NCBI GenBank assembly: GCA_951406725.2
Contig: OX597826.1
Location: 38,688,001-38,752,000, forward strand
From: Octopus vulgaris
Lineage: Eukaryota
Length of the DNA stretch: 64,000 nt
Reading direction: 5' to 3'
The notes beneath the pieces were generated by a model, which did no database searches, had not been told where the DNA came from, and saw only the letters and a program-made list of their open reading frames with translations. Shown piece after piece: positions 39,471-54,245 of the stretch. The first letter of the stretch is position 1. Each line of letters opens with the position of its first letter. The translations under genes were made by a program, and so were the position numbers.

Positions 39471-40625
39471 CTCCTACTTGTTGGTATATGTTATTGTAAT
39501 TGATCCTGTGTTTGTTTTTGTTATAGAGCTTTTTTTTCTTTGTGATCATAAATGTGAGTACTGGTTGTGTTGCTGGGATTTAGGTGGTGGTTTTGTTGCT
39601 GAAGGATGGCTTAAATACAGGTATTTTTGTTTCGGTCTTGCTTTCTGACTTTTAATTTGGTTCAGGCTTTTCTGAGTTTTTCTTCACCTTTGCTTTGATA
39701 CATTTTTTGTGATGGTTTGTCCTTGTTCCTTACATGCAATGAGTTTTCTCAAATTTGTGTCAGAAGAAAGGAGAGGATCTGTAATTGTGTGTGTGTGTGT
39801 GTGTGTGTGTGATTGATTCTCTAAGCTGTTGCACATGTAGGTGAGTGACCTTCCCATCTGTAAGGCTGGTTGTTACGGAATGGCTGTTTCCTAGTTCCTA
39901 CTATGCATCTTCATCACAGCTGTTATTGTTGTGTTGGCTGTTTTCCACTGCAACTGTTGCTGCAGTAGTTGGTAGTGGTGCTTTTACTAATGTGTTTTTT
40001 CAATTGCTGCTGTTATTAGTGTAGCTGTTGTGGTTGTGATGTTGATGTGGGCAGAGGGCCTTTAGGTGTGAGTTGCTCTTGCAAGCGTGGCATCTTAGAT
40101 TTTCTGCTTTATACCATGACTTGCAGTTGTGCCCTGTTTAGCAATTCAAAAGAAGCTCATTGCATATATATATATGTGTGTATGTGTGTGTATATGTATG
40201 TGTTTGTGAGTCTATGTTTGTCTCCCAGCATTACTTGATAACCAATGGTGGTGTGTTTATGTCCCCGTAATTTAGCAGTTTTGGCAAAGAGACTGATACA
40301 ATAAGTACTAGGCTGACAAAGAATAAGTCCTGGGGTCGACTTGCTCGACCAAAGCAGTGCTCCAGTATGGCTGCAGTCAAATGACTGCGATAAGTAAAAG
40401 AATAAAAGAATATGAATATATATATATATATATTAATATTTAGCAGAAGTAACAGAGTGACTCAAAGTCTGAGTTTTGTGCATTGACAATTCTCAAATCA
40501 TCTTTTATTTTTTACTTGTTTCAGTCATCAGATTGCAGCTATGCTGGGGCACTGCATACACACACACACACACACACATACATACATCCACACACACACA
40601 CACACACACATACACATACATCCAT

Positions 40626-40659
<34 letters not shown>

Positions 40660-40682
40660 ACATATATATATATATATATCTA

Positions 40683-40907
40683 CTAGCTAAGTATCCCTTT
40701 ATCGCTGGGTAATCTTCACAACAGAATATCTTGAAGGTCTTTTGAAACAGCACACCAACATAAGTTGGATCTTCTCCATTTTGATAGGGACTTAAAAAGT
40801 TTTTTATTCACCACACTCTTGCAAATGATGAGGGGAAGTTTTCCATGAAAAAGCATTTTTGAAAATTTATTAATCCCCTTCCCGCCACTTCCAGACCAAT
40901 TTTCTTC
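40683..40907 (-). mobile_element. Helitron-like 3' end
   Basis: Subterminal taccc...ggga hairpin, then CTAG|T on the minus strand; homologous to 4920-5220. Confidence 0.45.
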
Positions 40908-42342
40908 AATAATGCAGAATAATGTATCAATCTCATCGGGGATTAGATTATAAACAACAGTGCTCATTAATAAGTCATTTTTACAGATGTAAGAAACTAT
41001 AATATATAATATATGAAAAACAAAGGTGGACAGGGAACGCTAACAATTTAAAAATATCATTAATAAATTTGACATCACAGTTTTTTTATTTTTACAGGAA
41101 AAGTGTGGGGAAGTATAGTTACCTTCCACTCTTTTTCTGTAAAAATAAAAAAACTTCAGGTTCTTTAATGAGAAATCTCCCTATAAATCGCATGACCCTA
41201 GTAAAACTATTTTGTTTGTTATTCAATACAGAAGACAAATTAAAAGTAACCTTCCTTACCTGTTTTATGAACCCATCGAAAGGAACTTTCCCAAAAATTC
41301 CAGGTACCACTCTATTGTCAACTTGCATTGTATCAGAATTGGTTTCCCCAACACTAATAATCTCCTACAAATTATATCCTCACATAACAACTATATTCTT
41401 AATAACTTTCACTTGATAACTGTAATAGCAATAATATTAATAATGATAATAGCTTTTTAAATAATAGTATCAATAGTAATAGTACTTGTAATTGTGGTCC
41501 AAATAAAATTTGCATTCTCAACAGAAATTGTAAAATTAAAAATGTTGCTTATCAATGTTAAGTTTCTTCATGAACTAAAGAATATTTTTATATTGGTATT
41601 TCATCCACAGAAATAAAAAAATGTTTAGCCAACCATCTTTCTACATCTAAATATATTAATAAATGTAATACTACAGGTCTTAGTAAACTAATTTGGCATC
41701 TCAAAGACTAAACAATTTTTTTTTTAGATTGGAAAATTGTGTCAAGATCGTTTCCCTATGATAAAGGGTATATTTACAGGTGTTTACACTGGAAAAGACA
41801 CACTTTCAGCTATTTCAAATATCTGCCCCCTTACCTCATAATATCTGCAACTCTCACTTTATTCTTTTCATCCCATACATACCATTCTTTCCTTTATCAT
41901 TTCTATCCATTTATCATTCACCTTCTATTTGTTTATACCTCCATTACTCCTTTAATTCTCTTTCTCTCTTCCTTCTCTTCTCTCATCTTATGACATCAAA
42001 TTTCTTGACAGTATTTTAAAATTACTAGCATTCCCTAGCCACCTGTTTTTCATATATTATATATTATAGTTTCTCACATCTTTAAAAATGGCTTATTAAT
42101 GAGCACTGTTGTTTATAATCTCCTCCCTGATGAGATTGATAAATTATTCCACATTATTCTTCCTCTTGGATCTATTTTAATGTATCAATCGAAACATATG
42201 TTGGTGATATACATGATTTGAATAACATCTTGTGTGTTTGTCTCCATTTTCCATTACTCTTATGTTCTCCAAAACACGTCTCACTTCTCCTCAGAATTAT
42301 AACCCTGATAACTGTTCCTCTGGATCTTTCCTTGTAACTTAA

Positions 42343-42345
<3 letters not shown>
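40908..42345 (+). mobile_element. 5'-truncated Penelope-like element: inverted pLTR, GIY-YIG remnant, 3' pLTR
   Basis: 41487-41800 reads CNC...CILNRNCKIKNVAYQC...YFYIGISS...NH...TGLSKLIWHLKD...WKIV; 40908-41075 is the inverse of 41991-42158. Confidence 0.85.
42121..42207 (+). ncRNA. Type I hammerhead ribozyme in the PLE 3' pLTR
   Basis: tcctcc-CTGATGA-gattgata...tatcaatc-GAAAC-atat-GTT-ggtga; perfect 8-bp stem II, palindromic ACATATGT, weak stem I. Confidence 0.7.
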
Positions 42346-42402
<57 letters not shown>

Positions 42403-42535
42403 AGCTCCAGATTTAGTGATTATGCAAATGAGGAGTCCAGTGTAGGTCTTATATCAGCATGTGTATATATAAAAAAATTTTCAAAATGAGATAAACCAAG
42501 GCTGTGAAAGATTTTAGAACATTTATAAATAGAAG

Positions 42536-42663
42536 GTCTAAGAGCTGTTTCCGGGATATTTTATATATTCCTTCATCGGAAACGGTGTGAGAAAATGATT
42601 AAGCAATAGTTATTTTAGATAATATCTTATCTAAAATAACTATTGCTAAACCATTTTTTCACA
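42536..42663 (-). other. Decayed U4C hammerhead-like motif (42536-42583) next to a fold-back hairpin (42586-42663)
   Basis: gttt-CCGATGA-aggaatat...atatcccg-GAAAC-agct-ctt-agac; 37-bp arm hairpin with TATC loop. Confidence 0.5.
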
Positions 42664-42879
42664 ACCATTCTGAGAGTGTAATGGATGCTTTTATGAGCCA
42701 CCAGCAGAGGTGCCACTTATGTGACACCAGCACTGGCCACATTGCTTCCATGAGGCCCATCACTCGAATGGTGCTATTTATATGCTACTGGCATAGATGC
42801 CAGTTACATGATGCCAGCATCAGCCATGACTACGACCTCATTTGGCTTGATGGGTCTTCTCAAGCATAGCATATCACCA

Positions 42880-43705
42880 AAGGTCTTGGTCATTAGTCAT
42901 TGTCTCCATGAGGCCCAATGTTCAAAGATCATGCATCACCACCTAGTCCCATGTCTTCCTGGGTCTACCTCTACCACACGTTCCCTCTACAGTTAAAGAG
43001 TGGCACTTCTTTACAGAGCTGTCCTTGTCCATATACATCACATGACCATACCAATGCAATCACCTCTCTTGCACACCACACCTGATGCTTCTTATGCCCA
43101 AGTTTTCTCTCTCAGACAGTTACACTCTGTCATACATGCATACTGACATTGCACATCCAGCGAGGCATACTATCTTTATTTCTTTCATGCTTACGCATAT
43201 CCTCAGTGGCCACAGCCTATGTTTTGTTGCCGTGAAGCATAGCTGTTCACACACAGGCATCATACAGTCTGCCTTTGACTCTGAGAGAGAGGCTCTTTAT
43301 TGCCAACAGAGGTAGGAGCTCTCTGAACTTTGCCCAGCCTATCCTTATTTTTGCAGCTATGTTCTTGGAACATCCACCTCCGCTACTAACTTGGGTCACC
43401 TAAATAACGAAAGCTATCAACTACTTCTAGCTTACCCCTCTGGCAGTTGATAAAGTCTATTTTCTGTACATTTTCAATGTTTATTGTACCTGTGCACCTT
43501 CCATGCACAAAAATTATTTCCCCAGTTAATCTTCCTATGATATTGATGCACCTCTCGTGTATCCATAGCTTGCACCAGGTACATCTTATGAAGTTTCTAC
43601 CTATGCCTTTCCTACAGATTGAGCAGGGTGTCTAAGTGAAGGAATTTGTTATTTGTCTGCTTTCCTACTTACTAAGACTTTGTTTTTTCTAGGTTAACTC
43701 TAAGG
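42880..43705 (-). mobile_element. RTE-clade LINE 3' remnant
   Basis: Homologous to 22560-22700 and 26990-27510; W.GHVM and GRPRKTW-type tail motifs. Confidence 0.8.
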
Positions 43706-43799
43706 AATTAATGAAAAGCAATTAATGTTTTGTGGGCAGTAAGAATGATACTAATTCATCTATTTAAATCTATAATTTTAGTAGTAAAAATTAGGGCTT

Positions 43800-44355
43800 T
43801 GTTTGACCTTTAAACATTCAAATTGGCTGAATCTGGCTGTAACTGGCCATAACAAGCTACAAATCACATTATTGAATTCTCATAGCTTTGAGATAATTTG
43901 AAATAAAGCCTTTCCTGCCTAAACATGAGTATAAATACCATGAGATTTTTGAGACATGTTTTTTAGTTTTTTTTTTATTCAATGTTCAAAGACTAATGTC
44001 TTTATTAGTATTTACCGATATGGCATCAGCAAGTAGTGATTATGGCTGTGAAGGTTTTACACTTGATAATATACAAAATGTAGAAGAGAACAACAGTGAT
44101 TCATTTTTGGATGAATCTGATATACATGTTTATGAATTTTCGTCAGATGAGGAAGAATATTTTGATAGTGAAAATGAAGAAAACATTCGGGACATAATTC
44201 AAAACATTATAGCAACATCTCAAAAATTACATCACTAATTACAATTCCAGATTTCACAGAAAAGAGTGGTCCATAACACAATATACCTTCTGATAGTGAA
44301 CCCTTGGATTATCTTTCAAAACTATCACAGAGGAAACAAACAGATATGTCCAATG
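43800..44355 (+). mobile_element. piggyBac-like transposase N-terminal remnant
   Basis: Acidic S/D/E N-terminus, then PDF...GP...P...PLDY...ITEETNRY. Confidence 0.6.
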
Positions 44356-45399
44356 GATCATTTCTACTCATGGACGAACCAGTCAATTATGGCAGCCATA
44401 GTGGATTGTAGAATATGTTGAATAAAATCATAATTAACTGATCCTCCTGTATTTTCTTTTATCTAAAGCCAAGAACTTTTCAGCACCCCCTCATAGATAG
44501 GCAAACAAATAGGCATAGAAAGACAGGCAGACACATACTTACATACATATATATATAGAGAGACTTAAGATGATGTATAAAAAATTCAGAAACTGTTATG
44601 GCTTCCCATTATAGTTTTTAAATGTTAATATTTCATGGTTGTAATTCACCAATGGTTTGTTTCTCTTATTTAATAAATGAAATTTTTGTCAGTAATATTT
44701 CAACTGCAATGTATATGAACATAATTGGCACTCATGTGTTTCAATCCCATATTATTCTGCAGAGATTAAAATCAAAACATGTCAAAGGTCCTTCCCAATC
44801 ATAAAACAGATTTCTCAGATTCTGTGGTGTATATATATTCTCCCATTAGACAGTATACCAGTCCATCACATGATTACTCAATTTCACCAGCTGAGCGGAC
44901 CGGAACAACATAAAATGAAGTGTTTTGCTCAAGAACATAATGCATCACTTAGTCTAGGTATTGCAATCACAATTTTACAATCGCAAATGTAAAACCCTGA
45001 CCACTAAACATTCAACTCTCTAGGGCTTAAATACCCCAGTCAAATTCTAAAATGATATCTTTGGATTAAGATTCCATATGCATTCCAAAAGATATGCTGA
45101 GTGTTTTAATTTAAAATAAGAAAAGTGAAAGTGACAAATATCTGATTTTTAAAGAATTTAATGTAGATCATTTTGGGTAGTGACACTACATCTAACTACA
45201 TTTTGACTAAGGTAATATCCTTTAAGTGGACATTGATTAGTACATCTAAATTTAGTTATTTTCATTAGTATTATTTGTAATTTTAAGTTTGTATAACTAT
45301 ATGTATGTTCCAATATGTAGGCAATAATTTTAGCTTTTTACTTTGGTAGCTCAAATTTTGCATAGTGGCAGATACCAAATAAGAAATTGGTACACATAT

Positions 45400-46080
45400 G
45401 TACTTGAGGAACTTGGTTGACAGCCTTAGTAAACAAGTATCCTCGATATCTTCTGATGAAAATGCCTTTATGAGGACAGCTGGATATTATGAGATGCTAA
45501 GAAATAATGAGTCCTCTGATAAAATTAACCACATAAAAGCACTGAGGACACACAGCATGAAAATAGGATTAGGAAAAGGAATATTTTATGATGCAATTCA
45601 GTATTTAATCAAGCAATAAAAATATATATGGCTAGCAATTCCTTTATCAAATATACTACCATTTCCTGCCAGGATGTAAGTATATAGTAAGATATTAAAT
45701 AGGAATGATGTTAAGGTTGATTATTCAGCTTTTAGTTCTTATAATGCTGCAAAGCTGAATGAAAAAAAAAAAAAACAACAATGCAAACAGCTGGCTAACA
45801 TGCAACTTCAGAACTTATGAGAACTGCCTACTTGATAGTAACTGTTTGGCTAAGCTGATAATATATAGAACTAAAGTAGAAACAAATATCAGACATGAAC
45901 CTAAAATATATATTGGGGCAACTGAATTGATATTTATAAATCAATTCTATATACCCAAACAATCATTTGTCAGCATTATCATCTTGTTGAAATTTACATG
46001 AATCTTATGTGAGACAAGTTCTCATGAATTCAAAATTATCTGATCAATTTAGATAAGGCTCAACTATAAAGAAATGCAGT
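45400..46080 (+). mobile_element. Penelope-like remnant (linker and GIY-YIG)
   Basis: LSKQVSSISSDENAF...YY; CN...NCLLDSNCL..IIY..KV...KIYIGATE..F. Confidence 0.7.
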
Positions 46081-47991
46081 ATATCCTTTGTTCCAAAGCA
46101 GTAATGGTTTGAACAAAAGAACAAAATTGTATGCATACCTTGTATGCACAGAACAAAGTAAGTACCAGCTTCCTTCAATTTTATCCTGGTTCAGTAAATA
46201 AAAACATTAGATTCAAAATGTTTAAACACACTCACATACATTGTTTTTAAAATATTGCTTAAACAGCAAAGTGATGTCATGAGGATAATTCTTAGGGTGA
46301 CTTTCCTTGTATAAAGATTAAAACATTTAAAGTATTCTTATGAGGGCTAGAAATGAAATGAAAAATGTGAGCTTGAGATAACTGTTTTTGCACATGTAGG
46401 ACAAATTTTAAAAAAACAAACAGATAAGCATTTTCTTTATAACTTTCATCTAACATTTCAGAACATATATAAACAACAGATAATTCAAAGATAACAAACT
46501 CAGATTATCAGCTGAATGATTGGAAACATATAAATCAAAGTACTGGAATTATGCACCTTTCAGTTATAATATATTAAAGAATATTCTACAGTTACACATT
46601 GAGTTCTATAATTTATTACTTCTCAGTGAATCAAAAGAAATTCACATATACATCTTCCACACACACACACAAGCATTCACATATTCATATTCATGAAACA
46701 TTACATAATGAACATATTTAAAACTATCAGACATGCAGTCTTTAACCAATTGGTGAAAGATGTACCAAGAACAGTTATCTTAGTGATAATAACTATTTCA
46801 ATTGGTACTTATTTTATTGACTCTGAAAGGCAAAGTCGATCTTGGTAAAATTTGAATATCTCAATAATAATAATAATAATAATAGTATATTGTCACTACT
46901 TGTATCTTCTTCTGACCATTTAATTAAATAATTTATAAATAAATTTATAAATAGCATATTCATTGCACATATTTGATCCCCTTTTGTACAACCAGTTGCC
47001 CCATTCCTTGGACCCACTTCCTTTTAACATCCACCTTTGCTTTAACTATCATTCCTTTCCATTTTATCCACCATCAATCACCCTCTTCTGTCCCACTAGT
47101 TACCTATCCCTCTCCCTAAGCTACATCTTTTGACTGCCATATAATATCTTTAACACCCTCTCTAATCTGCTACTGACAGATTCCATGCCCACCCCACCAG
47201 TCTTTGTCTTCCACTCACTATATCTGCCTCTATGTAACTTTGCCCCTATCTCTGTCATTGTATGTCTTCTTCAGCCTTTCTATCCTGCATATTATCTCCC
47301 TATTTCTCATCTATCTACAGGTTTATTACACCCTTTCTGTACTACCACTTACCACCTCTTCTTTTCTGGGTCACTCCTATTTCCCCACCACCACCACCAT
47401 ACACACTGATAATTACCATCCACCACACACCTACCCTTGTTCAACATTTATTACATTTACCTTTATCCCAATCTTTAACCATCTGTCACTCTCCCAAACT
47501 TAGCCACCACCCTTCCTGATCCTTTGTTCATATTTTCTCTCATACTAACCTTCTTGTCCTTTGAGAATATGTCCAGATTCCTCATCACCATCATTTTTAT
47601 CCCTCTTTCTAGCTACTTCCACATCCCTAATATAATGTGGGGGTAGCCATCTATCTCCTCTGTAGCAAGACACCAGTTTCTGTTTTCTTGTCATACAGTA
47701 GCTTCTCAACACCTTGTATAAAGTCACCTCCCATTCTACTGCATCCCCACACAGGAGTGGGGGGAGGGTCTTCTTTCTTGTCTTGCAAGATTCTTCATGA
47801 CTTTACAAGTGCCAATTCTATGAAGAAGTACCTTGTACACTTTGGTTTGTCTACAAGGTGATTAGCATATTAAGAAGGACATCCAACCTTAGAAACAATA
47901 CCAAAGCAGACATTGGAGCTCAATGAGCCTCTTGGTTTGTTGGTTCCTGCTGAACTGTTGAACCCATGCAAGCATCAAAGATAGCCATTAA

Positions 47992-48026
<35 letters not shown>

Positions 48027-48902
48027 AACCCATACCATCCTTAATCTGAGTTCAAATTCCACTCAGGCATTCATTACATTTAACTATTTTTTCTGGGATT
48101 GTATTGATAAAATAAATATCAGTAATATACTTGGGTTAATTCTTAGATAACCTTCTCCTAAAATGCTGCCCCTGTACCCAGTCTATCGAAACTAGTATCA
48201 TCATCATCATCATCATTGGTAGTGGTGGTGGTAATAGTAATGCAAGTGTCTACCATATCTCTTGATGCATTTTATTTGCTGGTGTCGTTTAGCCTCAAGT
48301 TAACCCAGATGAAAAACACCTGTGATTAAAGACATTCCAGTTATAACCATTTTGTCTTTTTTCCTATATGCGGGAAACTCAAGGTCACACTATCCAATGT
48401 CTCTTTTTCTATGATAGTGGATTGTAATTTGAAAGAAATATGACTGCTATTTCTAGTGTATAGAACGTCCACATAGAAGTTTCTTTATTTTTTTCCCTTT
48501 TAAAGATCTAAGAAAAATTAAGAGTACTTCTATGTTTCCTAAAGTAAGTCTTTTAGGAGTGTAGGATTGACTTTGTGCTACATCAGTTTTTGTCATCCAT
48601 TTGTTGTTTAGAATATATGTAATGTGAATCATGTCATTTTTTGTGAAGTGGAGATTGTGTTTAATGAGTACAATGTGAATTGCGTTGCATTTTGTGGCTG
48701 GCTGATGATTTTGCTGTGTGGATTGTATTATTCTTATTAGGTGGCACATGTACAGAATATGAGTTGTTGGTGAAGTGTAGAATGTTTTATACTATCAGAT
48801 GCTGGAAGTATGCTATTTCATTGGGTAGTGATGGTGTAGAATTATGTCTTTCTGTAAGTAGGTGATATCTACCAGTTATTATTATTATCATTATTATTAT
48901 TG

Positions 48903-48933
<31 letters not shown>

Positions 48934-49175
48934 CCTGCAGCAAGCTAGCAGAATAGTTAGCATGCCGGGCAAAATGCTTAGCAGTATTTTGTCAGGATTC
49001 GTGTTCTGAGTTCAAATTCTGCCAAGGTTGACTTGGCCTTTCATCCTTTCAGGGTCAATACTAGGATCGATGTAATTGACTAATCCCCCACCCCCAAATT
49101 TCAGGCCTTGTGCCTTCAACAGAAATTATTATTATCATTATTATTGTTGTTGTTGTTGTTGTTGTTGTTATCATT

Positions 49176-49206
<31 letters not shown>

Positions 49207-50509
49207 TTATTCAGGTGGCAAACTGGGAGAACTGTTAGCGCACCAAACAAAATGCTTGGCAGTATTTCCAATTCTGCAATGGTGAACTTTGTCTTTTAGG
49301 TTAGTAAAATAAATACTAGTCAAGTACTGCAGAGGGGCGGGGGTGGGGGTGATGTAATCAAATTTCCCCTCCTCTTAAAAACTGATACCCCTAGGCCAAA
49401 ATTTGAGACCATTATTATTGCTATTGTTGTTGTTGTTGCTGAAACAATAGAGTCGTGGATTATATAACAGAAATAGTTGAATTGTTTTAAGATCTTTCAC
49501 TTTTGTTCATTTATCTACATCCTCTGAGTTCAAATCCCACTTCTAAGATCATCTTTTCTTTTCAATCCTTTGACTTTGACGAAATAAATACCAGTCATGT
49601 AGTTGTGGGCAGTTGAATTGATTATACACGTTTACCAGGAAGTTTATACATAGTGACTTGATCTACCAGAAATAGCAACCAAATCTCCCACAAATCACAC
49701 CCTACTATAAGTGTGAAAGTAAAGAACACTTTGGATAATATAGTTTTAAATACTATTAAAAAGACAGGATGGTCATGGCTGGAATGGTCATACTCAATTA
49801 GAATGGAATAAGCAATATATAACAACACGCAAAAAATATTTAAAGCTACAAAAACAAACCCACAAAATTGATCTTTTATGAGTGCAGACCCCCCCCGTTC
49901 CCCTCACCACCATCACCATCACCCAAAACCACTACTACTGGGAAGCAATCTATGTAAATGTGAAGAATTTGAATTGCTTACCCCAACCGTTGATGACCGT
50001 TTTCTAAACATAATGCCATTTAAAAGAATTTATACCAATTTTTGACCATCACAACACAACTTGGTATCCAATTCCTCATTGAAACCATATAAAACTACTG
50101 CTCTTTGTAGCAATGTAGCTTTTCCCTCCGCACCCCGCCCCTCACACACACACACAACATCTTTCTCTCTTTCTTGCTCTTACTATTTCCAAATGTATGT
50201 GATGTGTGTGTGAGTTTAGAATGTACGATTAAAGAGAGATGGTAGAAAGAGTGAGGGGGAAGAGAGAGAAAGAAATTCTGTGTATGTATGTGTGTGTGTG
50301 TGTGAATGTGAGCATGTATGTGTGTATGTATTTTATATGATTGCAGTGTGTATGTATTTGCAACTCCCTATCGAAATTCGAAATATATATTTTACAGTAT
50401 AGATATATCTATAACTGTAAATATGTGTAGGGGTATTTGCATTTGTGCATGTATATGACTGCTTATGCATATAGATATTTTTGCTGTAATGTATACGTAA
50501 TAACGTGTA

Positions 50510-51395
<886 letters not shown>

Positions 51396-52351
51396 ATCAT
51401 CATCATTTAACATCCACTTTCCATGCTACACACACAAATAAATCTGTGTATATTTACTTCAGTATGTATGTTTATATGAATATTTAAGATTATATGTATA
51501 TATATATGTGTTTAAAGAAGTAGCTACAGAAACAAACAAGTGATTATGGCGCATGAGGAGGAGAGTCAAGATGAGGAAAGGAGAGAGAGAGAGAGAGAGA
51601 GTGTGTGTGTGTGTGTGTCTGTGTGTGTGTGTAAATGTGTGCATGTGTGAGTTCATGTAAGCATGTTTGCATATGTTTATGTGTGCACATGATTGGGCAT
51701 GTGTGTATGTGTGTTTGTATGTGTACGTGTGAGACTGTGTATAACCATGTTTGTGCATGCATCCACTTGTGTGTATTCATGCATCTTAGTATATATGATC
51801 ACTTTTGTGTGTGAACATATGTATATAGTTTAAATGTGTGTGTGTGTGTGTGTGTGAGGTTTAAGCTGAAATGAGAGAGAAACAGGAAGAGGAGGTTAAT
51901 GTAGTGCATGCGAGTCAAGGAGAGGGGGAGAAGAAACTGTGGTGAGAGGTGAAAATGTTCTGATATGGGAAAAATGGTAGGGGAAGGTGATGGGCCCATA
52001 AAAGCTGTGGTCTGCTTTCTAAAGATAACACTAACAAGAACACCATCCTGCATGACCCTCCTCTGAAAAGGAGGAGGAGAAGGAAGAGGAGGAGGAGGAG
52101 GGGGAGGAATTTAAAATTGTAAAATTGCATGCATAGCTGAGCTGTATTTTTAAGTAGTTCACATAGTTCTGGATTTGAGCCTACAGCATGGCACCTTGAA
52201 CAAGTGTCTTCAACTACAGTTTTGGGATTTCTCTAACTTTTAACAATGACCCTTTGCTATTATTCAACAGTATTAGGTATGTTGCCAAAATTGCTACCAG
52301 CAGATTGATCACCAATAAAAGACTTCTTGCACTTAAGTAATTACATAATAT

Positions 52352-52789
52352 GGATCTTAACGGTTTGAACGGCAGTTTTTAAAAATAATTTCCACGTAAC
52401 TAAACACTTTTAAACTTCGTATACTGGTAGAATGTGTTTATAAAACATCTTTTTCTCTTGGCTTTATTGAGAAAATTCTAAAGTTTGTAAGATATTTGTT
52501 GTTTCTTTTTTTCAATTTCTGCAATTTCAACCAATCACTGTCGTCTATTGAGGTGAAAACATTCTGTGCCGTATGAATATGTCCCTCGTTTAAGAAACAG
52601 ATTGAGTTTATTTACATTTGTGAAGAAAAAAAACGATACCCTTCCCCCCACCCCTAACCCTAACCAACCCTAACTAACCCTAACCCTAAAACAGATTGAA
52701 ATGCAATAGATCTATACTAGGGTCATAATTATGGGTGACAATTTCATATGACACCACTAGAAAAACTGCCGTTCAAACCGAAAAGATCC
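52352..52789. mobile_element. Merlin-like MITE carrying (CCCTAA)n
   Basis: ~29-bp TIR GGATCTTAACGGTTTGAACGGCAGTTTTT; 8-bp TSD CATAATAT (52344-52351 and 52790-52797); GG termini. Confidence 0.85.
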
Positions 52790-52959
52790 CATAATATAAT
52801 ATGGAATGGGAAAACAACATTTTGACCATAAATATTACCAGAGAATTGCACCTACCATTTTACTGTGGGCAAATTAGTGAATCATTCACTCTTCTCCATG
52901 CAACAATGCAAACAACTGAAGTCAAATGGACTTGAGGATTAGCCAAACTGCTTTTTGTA

Positions 52960-54245
52960 TGTGTTATGAATTATGTATGAAACATATGTAAATTTTACCT
53001 TAAACCATGAACTGCATCATAGAATCAATAGTTGCAACCAATTCAGCAACCTCACAGGTTGTGTAGTGGATAGTATGGATGTAATTTCACTCTACCCATC
53101 TATAGACACAGATTTTGTTGTGAAAAAATGCACTGAGATTATCTGCGAGAGTGAAGTAGAATTCCGTGAAGTCAAAGTGAGGAAACTGAGACTCCTCCTT
53201 AAACTAAGCTATGATAATAACTATCTAGACAACCACAACCTCAGTAGATTCTGCCCCACCAGGTCACAGAGGGAAAAACCACCCACCACCACCTCAGCAG
53301 TGAAGAAAAGCACTGGGGTGGCTGGACCATACCCACCCAGGACCCTGAGAACAACAATCAGGTGAAAAGAATGATTACACATGCAATAAGAACCACCTCA
53401 AACTATACATGTAGGTTCAAGGTGCAGCCATTTGTGTTGGTGTAACTGGAGATGTGGCCAGCCTCTTCATGATCTGGTGGGACAGAAGACTCAAACAGTC
53501 ATAAGCAGAACAGTCCACAACTCTTTTTATTTACTGTAGGTATGTAGACAACATTAATATTCTAGTTAAGACCAATTCTAGTAACAGTAATGCAGAAACC
53601 AAGAGGAACATAATGGAGAGCATCCAGTGTGTAGCTAACTCCATCCACCAAAGTATCAAGTTAACTATAGATTACCCCACTAAGCACCATAAAAATAGAC
53701 TCCCCATCCTTGATACTGGACTTTGGTTAGAGACTGTGAACAACAGAATGCAGTTCCTCCACTCCTATTACATGAAACCCATAGCCTCAAAATACATTGT
53801 TCACAAGAACTCAGCTTTGTCACACAACATGAAAATCAACATACTGATAGCTGACTTAGGATAATGAACGTGTCTTGCTATGCAAACCCTATGAAACAAA
53901 GAAACATGTACAGAATTTCATGCACCACATGCAATTCTCTGGATATGATCAGAAAGATAGGGTTCAGGTATACAGGGTTGCTAGAAAGAAGTTAGATATA
54001 ACATCATATGCAATGAAACCAGTGGTACCTGCCCTAGATATAGAATTAAAGACTGGAATAGAATACAAAGGGTTTGTGACAAAGCAAACATGGTGAACAC
54101 GTGGTACAAGACTGACAAATATCAAGGAGTGATGTTTGTAGAGGCCACAGCCATTGGAGAACTAGCCTGTAGATTTAGGAAAGCTCTGAAAGAGACCAAG
54201 TTCAACATTAAGATTATTGAAAAGCCAGGGAACTCCATCTGATCA
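52960..54245 (+). mobile_element. Penelope-like RT remnant
   Basis: SMDVISLYPSID, RYVDN (YVDD-like), LPILDT, YMKP; C-terminal MFVEAT..GELA..FRKAL shared with 63445-63999. Confidence 0.85.

Noticed and set aside
49076-49299. Poly-Cys/Tyr/Leu ORFs
   Set aside because: (TTG)n/(TTA)n microsatellite tails between SINE fragments
52652-52689. Telomere or chromosome fusion scar
   Set aside because: Only a few degenerate units, inside a TIR/TSD-bounded MITE
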